This document shows positions 49,896 through 61,015 of a stretch of DNA of 64,000 bases, one piece after another. The stretch's first letter is position 1; each line of letters starts with the position of its first letter. Under the pieces are notes generated by a model. It had not been told where the DNA came from. It was given only the letters and a program-made list of their open reading frames with translations, and did no database searches. Source of the DNA: Squalus acanthias (taxonomy: Eukaryota); NCBI GenBank assembly GCA_030390025.1, contig JASTWF010000369.1:310001-374000 (forward strand), read 5' to 3'. The position numbers and the translations under genes are program-made.

Positions 49896-51391
49896 ATGGC
49901 TGGAATGAGCACAATTCACAACATTAAGAGAACTCACAATTTCAGCGACGATGATCTCAGCACAATCCTCAACGAGGTTGAGGCGAAGCGCCTGCAGATC
50001 ATTGGGAATGAGAAGTCCAGGGCACCGCGAAAAGGGCAGATGTTAGCTTGGTCTGAAGTTGCCCAGGCTGTCAGCGCGAACTCCACCATTCCACGGACAG
50101 CGGAACAATGCCGCAAGAAATTCAGTGATTTATTGTGATCTGTCAAGGTTTGTACAGTTATTACAAAAGTCAACTGTAAAATGTCTTTAAATTTAACTGA
50201 ACTAGTTTTAAAAAGATATATGCATGTGTTTAGTCAAATGACTTCATCATCCAGGCACCTGAGCTGGCCATAATTTTTTGAGGCTTTGGGGCCAGCTCAG
50301 GGTCATCCATTGTGCTCTTATCTTGATTCCACTGGTTTGAGTTGTAAAATTTCATTTAGTGAAAAAAAAAACCTCTGCAAAGCAGGCTGTGTCCATGTTT
50401 CAAATGCAGGTGGGTGTAATCTGCAGTAAAAGCTGACGATTCATGAAGTTTCATATTTTCTGTTTTCATTTTAGAATAAAACTGCTCACAACGCCAGAGA
50501 ACGTGCACTGACAGGCGGTGGTGTTGTCACGTTAAGGGCTTTATCCGAACATGAGGAAAGGGTCGAGTATCTGTTTGGATTTAGTCGCGGTTGCCCCTTG
50601 GCTGGTGTAGAAATAGACATTGGTATACATAAACGTGAGTTGCTCTGGCCAGCTATATGTTTAAAAATATTAGATGTGTTTTGAATATCAGCTTCTGTGA
50701 TGTGGCAGATCATGCTTTACCTTTGCAAATGTTTACTGTTTCCTTTCCACAGGTGCACAGCAGACTTCTCACACACGGGATGAGCAGTGCGTTGAGTCTG
50801 CAGCCGCAGAGGGCATTGGGGAAGGGGTTGCTGATGCAGTGGGAGCAGTGAGTGAGGTGGTGATGGTGGAGGAGCAGGAGCAACTTGTGCTTTGTCATCT
50901 AGTGGAAGAGGAGGGTATGGAACCTGGGTTGCTGCAGAGTACCTCTCAATCTCCTGGCCACCTTGGCTCTGTTCGAGACAGACACCAGCTTGATACTGCA
51001 GAGCATGTGGGAGAAGCAGAAATATATTCAACAGAACAGAATGATTTACAAGCTCAGATGCAGCATATTGACGGGTTGAGGGAATCGATGTGTTCTCTTA
51101 CTGAGAAGAAAGTTGACTCTCTTGCCTCGATCAGACAGGGAATTGATTATATTGGCATGTCACTTAATCAAATAAATGAGTCTGTCGTTAGACTCTTGCA
51201 CAAACCAGATGTTGGAATGGGGCTTACTCAAAAAATGAGTCTCTCATTGGACTCTTGCATATGCTTAAACCACTTTCTGCTGCCATTACTTTGACTCCCG
51301 CAGAACTGGCCTTACCTGCTCCCAGCGCAGAAACAGTGCGGGCCCAAGAGCCAGCTGCTCCTCCAGTTGTGATGCAAGCAAACGTTGCCTT

Positions 51392-51429
<38 letters not shown>

Positions 51430-51536
51430 CCTGTCAGGAGGCAATTGCTGAAGGGCAAGAGATGGCACACAGGGCCCTTTCAAGTCGCAGCACAGGGCTC
51501 CGGTCACGGGGAGCGGGAAAGCGCAGGGGACGGTAG
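49896..51536 (+). pseudogene. Spliced Myb/SANT-like (NAIF1/MSANTD-type) DNA-binding protein; exons 49896-50147, 50475-50634, 50753-51536
   Basis: KR..NFS.DDL..IL.EV...W.EVA.AVSA....RTAEQCRKKFSDL*SVK|NKTAHNARERALTGGG; GT-AG introns of phase 0 and 1 keep frame; TGA at 50136-50138; frameshift near 51260; polyQ and basic C-terminus. Confidence 0.85.
51393..51428 (+). repeat. (CAG)11CAA polyglutamine tract
   Basis: Read directly; in frame with ORF 51255-51536. Confidence 0.95.
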
Positions 51537-52599
51537 GGTGTCACCTTTTGCACAATACACATCCTTTGACCCTCAGGCACAGATGCGAGGGGGCAAATCG
51601 TTCAATTGTTTAATTTTTCGTTTTATTTAAATGTTAAATGTTTTCATTGCTTTTTTTTATTGAAAATATATTTGTGACTGAAAGTGTATGTAACCTTTTC
51701 ATTTAAAAAGTACAGCCTCTAGTCACTTTGAAAAAATTCAACTTTTTTATTTGCAAAAATATTTAACATTACAACTGTTTGAAATTTAGAAAATAGCTAG
51801 TTTCCATCTTGAATGTCTTTATTGCACTAAGAAACCAAAAAAGTCACATTAAACTGTTTACAAATTTTATTCTAAACTATTTATGTTGGGCACTCATTAG
51901 CATATGTAAGGGACCGCACGCCTGTTTTAGCAGACAAGAGGCCTGAAAAACAGCGGATCCAATTTCAGGAACGACATCCTTGGAGCGCAGGCCGTTAGTT
52001 TCTGAGATTGGGCCATGCTGCATCTGTGTTTTGCCCGTTAATTGGGCGCCACAAGATCCAATTGCTACACCTGGATCTATTTCACGGCTGTAGCTACTGG
52101 CAATTGGATGTAAAACTTCACAAATGTCGCCGATGAAGACATGGAATGTTTCAGCGCCATTAAAAATACTCGCTATCATGCCTGTCACTGCTGCAGGATG
52201 TGTGGGGAGAGTTAGGAAGGTCAGGTGGAGGTTGTCAGGGAACATACAACAATCCACTTGGATTGTCTCTCTAGGGATGTGAAGCCTCTAAACTCATTGT
52301 CCCGGGTCAGAGTCTGAAAGGGGCAACTTGTTCGGTATCTTCTGGTGTCTGGCCACCGACAGCTGAAAATAGATGTCTTCAGAGCAGCCGCACCTACCCT
52401 CTATTCCCGATGGCTCCTGGTCTTCACCCCATTGCCACCAAGTACAGGGAGATGCTCACGGAGAATGCAATATCTAGCCGGAAACTCCAGTGGGAGCTGA
52501 GATGGAAAACAATTTTCTCCATTAAACTCACGGTCCAAGCCAAGCTTCCAAAGTAGCTCAGAAACAATTTTCACACAGTTATAGGTCTACCAATAGCAG

Positions 52600-53200
52600 G
52601 CTATTAAAATCAAGGCCTGTAACTGCCCTTAGTCACCTGCGGCGTTCCCTGGGAGCAGGGACACATCTTTTTATGGGTATTTCCAATATCAGGCACTAAT
52701 TCCTGCATAAAGGCGGTCAAATGACCTCTGTGATTTACAGGCTGGGGCTTTTTTGAATTCCACCAGCTGCTAAGGGGCGCAGTTCGTTGGATTTGGCTCC
52801 CAGGAATGTCACCTGGCTGCGACACCAGTAGCCGCTGTAAGTAGGTCCTGGGAAGTGTTTGTGGAGGCGAGGCCGAGGAGGGCCATTGCAGGCCGGCAGT
52901 ACATTTCTTGCACCTAGAGGAGCGCACTTTCTCCACAATGTGAAACGTACCTTTCCGGGACCTCGTCCGCTCCAACATTGCTAGAACTGGTGGAAGGTGC
53001 ACGTCCAACTCTCGGACTAGTTCTCTCCAAAAATGGCAATCGGGTCTGATGTACATCACAGGGCCCCAATTTTCATTGTAAATGCGGCTCGCGCCTGACT
53101 CAGTGACCACTCTGGCCGTCCAACGTTGGCCCAGGGCAACATTGCCGCGGCCACAGTGACAGCAGTAATGAGCCGGTGGGTCATTCCCCATCATTTTAGG
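52600..53200 (-). mobile_element. Possible Tx1/L1-like LINE 3' relic
   Basis: Weak resemblance (PDCHF..E..DVH, .SGY...QVT.L) to the Cys-rich Tx1 C-terminus. Confidence 0.3.
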
Positions 53201-53409
53201 GGTTCTTACTGTCTTATTTCAGCTGGGGGGTAGGCCTGAATACTGAACCCTATGCAGTCCATCTGGCATCCCTCAAGAAACAAATGGCCATCAATTGCCT
53301 ATCCCACCAATATTGCTCCAAGTTTGTACATTTATCCACAGAAGCAAATACCATTACCTTCTTTGGCAATCTGTCCCATATGTTCACCCCCACTGTTAAA
53401 TATGTAAAT

Positions 53410-53650
53410 ATAAAATTTCAGTGCAACTTTCCTCTTCAAACCGGTGCTGAAGTCAATGGAACGGAAAACTGGGGGTTAGGGGGGCGGCTGTAAAATGGGC
53501 GGCTGATCTGCTATCGCCCGTTATAAGCCACTGCTGATATAGGCAGTACATATGGGGGCAGAAATTCATCTCAGGCCGAGCGCTAAACGGGCAGTATGCT
53601 ATCAGCTCCCCTGTTATATGCCCCGTTGATATTCAGTTATATTGAAGGGA
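53410..53650. mobile_element. Hairpin MITE family fragment(s)
   Basis: GAAGTCAATGGAA..AAAATGGGCGGCTGATCTGCTATCGCCCGTTATA, homologous to 37590-37739. Confidence 0.6.
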
Positions 53651-55099
53651 GGATTACTCTCAGACATATCTGTTTCCAAACAGTCCGTGTTCATGATAAA
53701 GATCATGTTTCATTTGGCAAGAATATTATGAACTTTACCTCTAAATGATGTTCCATTAAAATCAGCTCTCACTGAAATACTGGATATTGCTGCTTGATAT
53801 AAATGATGGAGTAAGCGGTGTCAGACCCAATTCCGCCTGTGAGGCCTCTCAGCAGCCGGGCAATCTTCTGTCGGTCACAGTTCACGGACTGTAAATGGCA
53901 CCTGTTGGCCTGCGGGTCTCTTTCCATCAGTTGGATGCGGAACCCCGCGAGTTGAGCAGGGTCTTGTCAAGTTTACTCCTATCTTATGTCACAGGCAGAA
54001 TCATACTTTCCTGCCATTTTTAGGAATCAGAAAAGGAGAAAGTGCAGGGCACAATCAGGGTAGAGGATTGAGGCAAAAACAAGACGGCTAAAGCAAAGGC
54101 AGATTACTGAAGTTGGTTGTGGGTATTGAAGTCCGCAATCTACTGAGCAATAGTCAATGATGAATTCGTTATTAAACAGTCAATAATTCATATTTTATTC
54201 ACAATATTTCATACTGTTCGTTCACAAAAAGAAACAATACAAATATGAAGGAACAATTTCATTGCTTCATCTATAGGCGGTTGCTGCAATCTTAATCGTC
54301 AGGAAGATGATTATCGTCATCAGAGATAAAAAGAAATAAAACGGGAAAGCTTGGATTTGCAGCAGTTTAGACACTGGCCTGTCACCTCGGGGACCTGGGT
54401 TTAATCAGCCCGGTCTAATGGGGTGCAATTCTCTGATGTGTTTTGGCTATACGCGTTCTATGTGAAATGAGTCCATCAGGTTCCTCATGGGGTCGGGAAT
54501 ACAGCAGAAACTTGACGCCAATTCATCAGCAATTCCACTCAAAGAGGTGACCTGATGGCTGGACCAGGAAATGGGAACCTGCCACACTGGTGCTGCCAGG
54601 ATACCCTCCTGTGTGTGGGTCTGTGTGATTCGGTGCTTTCCTCTGCACAAACCTGACCTGGGAGTGATTCGGGCTGACAATGGTTGCGTGAAATGTGAAG
54701 GACTCCAGTCCCGAGCACCAGTAGCCCTCACCTTGATCAACAAGATGAAGTAAACATGAAAACTGTAACGTACACATTTTTTCCAATATGGGTTTAACAC
54801 TATCTTTCAAGGGATGAAGAAAAAATTCACAGCTTGTATGTATTAAAAACTAAAATAGACTTACCATAAAAGAAACTCGGTGCTTTAGTGTTTAGCAAAG
54901 TGAAGCCCAGTTTAGGTTCACTCTGTTTATTGGTCTGATGTGACGTCGTTGCCGACGGCACCAATTATTACTGCACCACAAACAACAACTGTGAATGCTC
55001 AAGTCCCAGAAGGATCTGCACCAGTTAATTTAGATCTTTCAAAAATTATATTCTAAAAATATCAACGTGGCATTCGAGCTGTTTTTATTGTGATGTTTG

Positions 55100-55260
55100 C
55101 AATACCATTGGGATAGAAAGAATCCCCCAATCACTATTGTACCAAGGGCAGGTACTTAATATGCTTATTCAAATAGCTGTAACTAATGTCCATTAATGTG
55201 TGATGTAATTATCTCAGCAGACCCCTCTCAGATATATATGAGGGCTTCATCTGAAGATAT
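55100..55260 (+). promoter_or_regulatory. Putative proximal promoter of GPCR copy 3
   Basis: CTGTAACTAATGTCCATTAAT at ~55177, GATATATATG at 55231 and ATCTGAAGAT, matching the copy 1 layout. Confidence 0.5.
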
Positions 55261-55310
55261 CTCGTCTGTGGGTCGTTACCACCAACAAGCTACGCTGCTT
55301 CTCATCGAAA

Positions 55311-55380
55311 ATGGGGCGTCCAATACTTGCACAGATAGAAGAAATTTACTACCCTATTCTCGCGCTGCTTGGTGCTCCTG
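55311..55380 (+). CDS. GPR139/GPR142-like GPCR, copy 3, exon 1
   Basis: AAAATGG start context; MGRPILAQIEEIYYPILALLGAP + G|GTAAGT; 70 nt as in copies 1 and 2. Confidence 0.92.
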
Positions 55381-56069
55381 GTAAGTTAATCTTCTCAATT
55401 ATTGGTTATCTTTGACAGTGTTTAACTGTACTACTGCTCTTTCTGTATATGTGATGATGGCATCTGATCATTCTGATCTATTCGCTGTATAGCTACTTTT
55501 AATGGTATCAGTCAGATGACAAACGTGCTTTCAAGTTCCCACATATTGTTTTAAATGAATCAGATCAGAGTAAGTAAGACTTGCTCTGATCTTTCAAAAT
55601 CAGCATTCCTACCGATTTTATTTTCCTGCAATTTTGTGCAGAATAATCCTCTTGTTGGCAGGTTGGAGGGGAGACAAGACTGGCGCCCGCCCACTACACT
55701 CCCAACACTAACCCGCTGAAGCTTCCTCCTGGAGTCCTCACTGGTGATGCAATGTATAGTGTGGTAACGCAGATCCTTACTGGGTTCCCGCTATTGGGAT
55801 CAAGCGACACTTAGTGTTGCTGCAGATTTTAAAAGATTGAAGCTAATTAAAGAGGCAGATCACTTTTGGAGCTGCAGGAAGCACAACTGCCCGAGTGCCT
55901 TGAAGGGGCCACAGGCTCTGGGCTGGGGGTCAACAGCAGGAACGCGCTCAGAGTCTCGGGTATATCTGTGGCGCTGTTGCTGGTTGAAGTCCGGGTGAGA
56001 AGAGTTTTGAAGGGGTTTCTCCTCCCACTGGCGGGTTTGCGGTGTGCTGGTCCTAACGCCACTAGGCGG

Positions 56070-56700
56070 CATTTTAACTTTGGGCGATAGTGTAAAATGA
56101 GTGATACCGGAGGGGCCGCCCATTCTATACCTCCCCCGATTCCCCTTTGCATTGACTTGGATTTTGTCTGCAGGAGGTTGTAGAAACATTCCTTTGTGAT
56201 GCTTCACTGTAAGAGATTCCAAACTGGCCTGTTCTATCTCCACCTCATAACATGGGAATAGTGGGATTCCCATTGGGAAATGCATGTGCCCAGTCAATAC
56301 TGTACATTCTGCAGAGCTGACTAAAAGGAGCACAAAAACTCCAAACAGAACCTCCAGAGAACCAAACAGTTAAAATCAACAGGCAGGCAAAGTAACAGCA
56401 AACCTCAGCTTTAGCGAACATAACGGGCTGCTCAGTGTGGGGAGGCCTCAGGGAACCAGTCTGCAGGTAATATCACCCTTAGATAGTGCTGGTGACAAAT
56501 GGGATCGCACTTGGGTCAAATATTATGGACAATGTTGACTTTGTAAAATGGGTGATATCGAATTGTCGGCTAATTATAGGTCCTGCCTTATTATCCCTTC
56601 CATCCACTTCAACGGAAAGGGAAATCGGGCTTGGCGTTTAATGGGCAGTGAATCCCATATCGCTCATTTCACACTGTGCCCCAAAGTTAAAGTTACCCCA
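56070..56700. mobile_element. Two hairpin MITE family fragments (~56070-56160 and ~56495-56700) in the copy 3 intron
   Basis: TTTTAACTTTGGGCGATAGTGTAAAATG and ATATCGCTCATTTCACACTGTGCCCCAAAGTTAAAGTTACCCC. Confidence 0.55.
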
Positions 56701-57907
56701 CAATGCAAGGGGTTTCCACCCCCGCTTTCCCTATTTAAAGACAATCAGATGCCTTACAGGAGGTAGTAGAGGCGGGGCCCATCACTGCTCCATTTTACTG
56801 AGTATTTACCCAAAAGGGAACCCTAATTCAGAATTAAATCCCGTCTCATGAGGTCAGTTTAACAGTCCTTTCATTCCTTTTACACTAACGCCGGCAGTCC
56901 AAACCGACCCCTTGTGTCTAGACCGAGTGTCAGAATCCCAACGGGAACAGATAATGCCGAGCTCGCAGTTTTTATTATTTGCAGGATAGATGAGAAACAA
57001 CAGTTTGCCGATGACTCCCAATACTAACCAGTGTGGGCCATTACACTGCAGCAAACTCGGAAGCTGTATATCTGTGTAATGTGCTCCCTGTGCACCGCCG
57101 ATGCAGCGCCAGAAATACGTGTCCCATCACTGGTTCTTTTAACAATACCTCCAGTTTTTCTTTAAATTTGGCAGCAGCTTTGCAAGTGAGCTAACTGTTG
57201 AAAATTGATTATAGTGATTATACAGGTCATATCTGAATACCTACCTTTCTACTAATTACAAAGTACTATATTTTACGGAGCACAAGTCTGGTACATTACA
57301 GGGATCCCGCTGCCGAGGTGTGGAGCGGGTTGACTCTCGGGTTATGTGTAGATGTCCTACAATCCAGTCTGAAATATTTTGATATCACATTAGGCCATAA
57401 AACTGTATCATTGAGAAACTTAACTCTCGTGCTCAAGTAGAGGAGTCAAACAGCAGGATACCACCCTGCTCGCTGTTTGACTGTGTTTGTTTAAAAGACA
57501 GGATTGAATACTAAGTGTTGATTAAGATTATTACACTATTATACGTTACAATGCAAAATCACGAAGGTTATTTGTAGAAAAAGCACAAAAACGTCTGCAC
57601 GTCTAATTTAATTTGTAACAAGGCATCGAATCTGTGCTGGTGGTTATATAAAGTAAGTGTGTTCCCTGATTCGAGTTGCCCAATTTCGCAACAAGTTATC
57701 ATTTTCCGTTGAGGTAACGCAGGCAATAAATGATGTGACGTGGATAGATAAATAGTTTTGTGTCCTCAGGATTTCCACTTTAACGTGACACAGACAGTGA
57801 ATGATTTGAGTGATGGAAAAATTAGCATAAATTTTTAGACGGCTTTTTGGTCGAATTACTTTTGATTTCCATAATCCTAATTTCTTTTTCCACTCTCCCA
57901 CTTGCAG

Positions 57908-58797
57908 CCAACTTGGTGACCATTGTGATTCTCTCCCGGGGAAAGTGCGGCCTTTCCAAATGCATCACTATTTACCTGGTGGCCATGGCAGCGGCCGATC
58001 TACTGGTCCTGATAGTTGATGTGGTCCTGTATGAGCTGAATGACATTTATTTCCCGGATTCATTCCTGGACTACACTCCGGTCTGCAGTCTGAATTTCTT
58101 CCTGATTTTTGCTTCTATTGAATGTTCTGTCTGGTTAACTGTCGCTTTCACCTTTGATCGATTTGTTGCCATTTGTTGCCAAAAAATTAGAACTCAATAT
58201 TGCACCGAAAAAACTGCGGCAGTGGTTGTAGCAACGATATCGGGGCTGAGTATTTTGGAAAATTTCCCAATTTACTTTACGTTTGAACCTCACGTAATAA
58301 TTGACAATATACCGTGGTTCTGTGATGTGAAATCAAGCCTCTATATTGTACCTATATGGGTTATATTTTTATGGCTTGACATAGTTCTAATGCCTTTTAT
58401 TCCATTTCTTTTGATTCTGATATTTAATGGTCTGACCATCAGGCACATTCTGCTGACAAGTAGAATCAGGAGGGGTCTCCGGAGCAGCGACAGTGACCCA
58501 GAAATGGACAACCGCAGGAAATCCATCGTTTTACTGCTGGCCATATCTGGCAGTTTTATCCTGTTATGGACGGTAACTTTTATTCATTATATCTGTGTAC
58601 AAATTATGGATATTCAGTACTTGCACACAGATTACAGTAATCCTTTCACCGTCATGGAACAAACTGGATATATGCTGCAACATTTGAGTTCCTGCACAAA
58701 CACCATTATTTATGCAGTGTCCCAGACTAAATTCAGAGAGGAGTTAAAGAATCTGTTTAAATATCCCTTGTCTGTAATTACTAAGTTGTGGAAATAA
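57908..58797 (+). CDS. GPR139/GPR142-like GPCR, copy 3, exon 2 (intact; 319 aa spliced)
   Basis: Polypyrimidine tract + CTTGCAG acceptor; G+CC gives Ala in frame; seven hydrophobic segments; MAAADLL, TM3 Cys, DRF, ECL2 WFC, PF.PF, SSCTNTIIY, helix 8 KFREELK; TAA at 58795-58797. Confidence 0.95.
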
Positions 58798-58844
58798 TTG
58801 AAAGGTCTGAGTCTAACCAGAACTGACTCCAAAGAATTGAGACT

Positions 58845-59135
58845 CGCTTCCATCTTAATTCAGCAACACGGGCAGCAGCCGATCAGCCGCCTGTTATTCG
58901 CCCAACACGAGGTTATTTTCGGTAGAGTTTAATGGAGAGGAAAGTCGGGCGGGTGTGTAATGAGCGGCCGACCTGCTCCCGCCTGTTTGCGCCGCACCTG
59001 AAGGTGAATTTCACCCCCGGTCGGTGTAACTTTCACCTCTTGCGGGAGCGAGGTCAATGGGAGGAGATTCGGGCGGCGTTTATAAACCGCAACCGAAACA
59101 ATAAAGCCAGTTTTATGCCCCACCCCGAAGTTGAA
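58845..59135. mobile_element. Hairpin MITE family copies just 3' of the copy 3 stop codon
   Basis: GATCAGCCGCCTGTTAT...AAAGTCGGGCGGGTGTGTAATGAGCGGCCG..AATTTCACCCC, homologous to 37590-37860. Confidence 0.6.
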
Positions 59136-60689
59136 CCTTCGCTCCAAAATATTCCCTAATCTATTTTTAGTTGTGTGACATTGTAACTTTCAACTTGACT
59201 CTCTGGCGAAGATTTTCAACTTGCCGCTGGAGCCTGAAACCGATGTTGCAGATTGTCCACCGGTGATAGAAACCGTCTTATTCTCATTCCCATTGTAACC
59301 ACAGGGTTAGCAGCAGAGTACTACACTGGCCTCGCTCCCTTCAGTTACAGAGGGAGAAGTGGCCTCGGGATTTGCTCCGGACCACTGTGTTGGCGAAGCT
59401 GCTGGTGAAATGTGAGTGTGTGGACAGGATCGGGCGCGGCTGTGTTTCCAGTAATTGAACGGTGTTTCCACAGTCACTGTTTCTGCTCATAAGTGGAGAC
59501 TGTTTACCTGAGGACAATGTCGGAGTCAAGCCTTCAGGAGATGAAAAGAAAAATTAAATCAAGTTTGTGTTAATCGGGAATGTATCAATATTAACAAAAC
59601 ATATTTTAAAATCCCTAGCTTGCCTTTATTCCCCGCGTCGCTTATGTAATGTCTAAAGCGCCAATTTGTGCAAATACATGAGATTTGACAATGTTCCCTC
59701 AATGTTAAGCAAGTTAGTAATATTTTAATATAGTGAAAGAAACATAAGGCATGGGTGAAATGTTTTTGCAGCTAGAGTTGTTTCAGCAATAAAGCAATTG
59801 ATTCACGATGACTATTTCAGCGTGTCCTTTGATCCAATGCAAGTCTGGTGTTTGACCATCTCAGGTTCTGGTTAAACCATTTTGTAATCTAGGGAGTGAA
59901 ATACAAATGTTGGACCATCCCGAGATGATGGTGCAGAGCACAGTACAGAGAATGAAGTGACTTGTTCATTCTCTTTTCATGATTCTTCTCCTTACAGGTA
60001 GCTCTCCGTTAGCTCCCACAGAGCATCCCTTAAGGCCGACGTTTCCCAATCCTCTGTTAATGCTGCTCTGTAGCCAGTTACACTGCAAGAGTTTGGATGG
60101 CTTCAGTTCCCATTTCACCTCAGTGCCAGTGGGAAACATCTGTTGGTCGCCTTCCTGGATGGGATGGCTGCAACCAGGAACTCACAGCGTCTGTTTAAAA
60201 AGTATTCATTAGAATGACCCGCAGTTCACAAATACCTGACTACAACTAGACTCCTTCTGCCGGGTAGATAGTTACAGGCCAACAAGGACACTCAGATTAT
60301 TGGACATATTACAGAGAAATTGATTCAAAGGCCAAATCTCAGTGAGAAAATGCACCATTCTAACTGGTACTGGGCCCTGTCAACCAGGCTCCTCCTGAGT
60401 GTGCTGGTCGCTGCTGTCGGGGGAGTTCACATTAGCTCCAGGATTCCTGGGCTTGGAAGGAGAGAAATGGCTGGGGTTCTGCTCTTGATGACCATTCAAT
60501 GACCCCTGCAGGAAAGGGGGGCTCTATCAACACAGGACCTCCGTGTCTAGGGGAACACACATGACGTGTGGCTCCTCAGACCAGGTATCCGAGGGCTGCC
60601 CGTCCCTGGGAGCCAATGAGTTGTCAGGAGAAAAAGGTGGAGAGAAAAATGCCCGTTCTATTGAATTCAACATGCACGTTAATTTGACG

Positions 60690-61015
60690 GCGGGGTGGTC
60701 TTTCGGATAAGACGTTATAGCGAGGCCCAGTCTGTCCTCTCAGCTGGACAGAAAAGATCCCATGACAGTATTTGGAAGATGAGCAGGGGAGTTCTCCCCG
60801 TGTCCTGGCCAATATTAATCCCTCAATCAAGATCACTAAAACAGATTATCTGGTCATTATCGCATTGCTGTTTGTGGGAGCTTACTGTAGGCAAACTGGC
60901 AACCGCGTTTCCTACATTGCAACAGTGTCTACACTTCAAAAAGTACTTCATTGGTTGTAAAGCGCTTTGGGACATCCTGAGGTCGTGAAAGGCGCGATAT
61001 ATAATGCAGGTTTTT
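60690..61015 (+). mobile_element. DeuSINE (SacSINE1/AmnSINE1-like), head truncated
   Basis: GTCTTTCGGAT.AGACG..AAAAGATCCCATG..GAGCAGGGGAGTTCTCCCC.TGTCCTGGCCAATATT..ACAGATTATCTGGTCATT..GTAAAGCGCTTTGGGAC..GAAAGGCGC.ATAT.AATGC. Confidence 0.8.

Larger units (their letters stand above)
49438..52157 (+). mobile_element. Harbinger-type element carrying only a Myb/SANT gene (right end uncertain)
   Basis: Left TIR AAT|GGCCCAGAAATT..CCGCGGGGGTAAGG shared with the MITEs; candidate right ends GGGCC at ~52014 or TTTCAGCGCC|ATT at ~52157; no transposase seen inside. Confidence 0.7.

Noticed and set aside
49896..51536. Domesticated host gene NAIF1/MSANTD
   Set aside because: Sits behind a TIR shared with MITEs, has a stop and a frameshift, and has a dispersed homolog at 1-445.
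54340..54530. tRNA gene
   Set aside because: Only a degenerate A/B-box-like SINE head; no cloverleaf can be drawn.
57847..57907. Single-exon 316-aa GPCR with a signal-peptide-like N-terminus (likewise ORF start 20475)
   Set aside because: The extension is the intron polypyrimidine tract read from a non-ATG codon; the real N-terminus is the conserved 70-nt exon 1.
55311..58797. Assigning the symbol GPR139 or GPR142
   Set aside because: Motifs differ clearly from the true orthologs (SRGKCGLSKC, DRFVAICC, short N-terminus) and the gene is multicopy; orthology cannot be established by eye.
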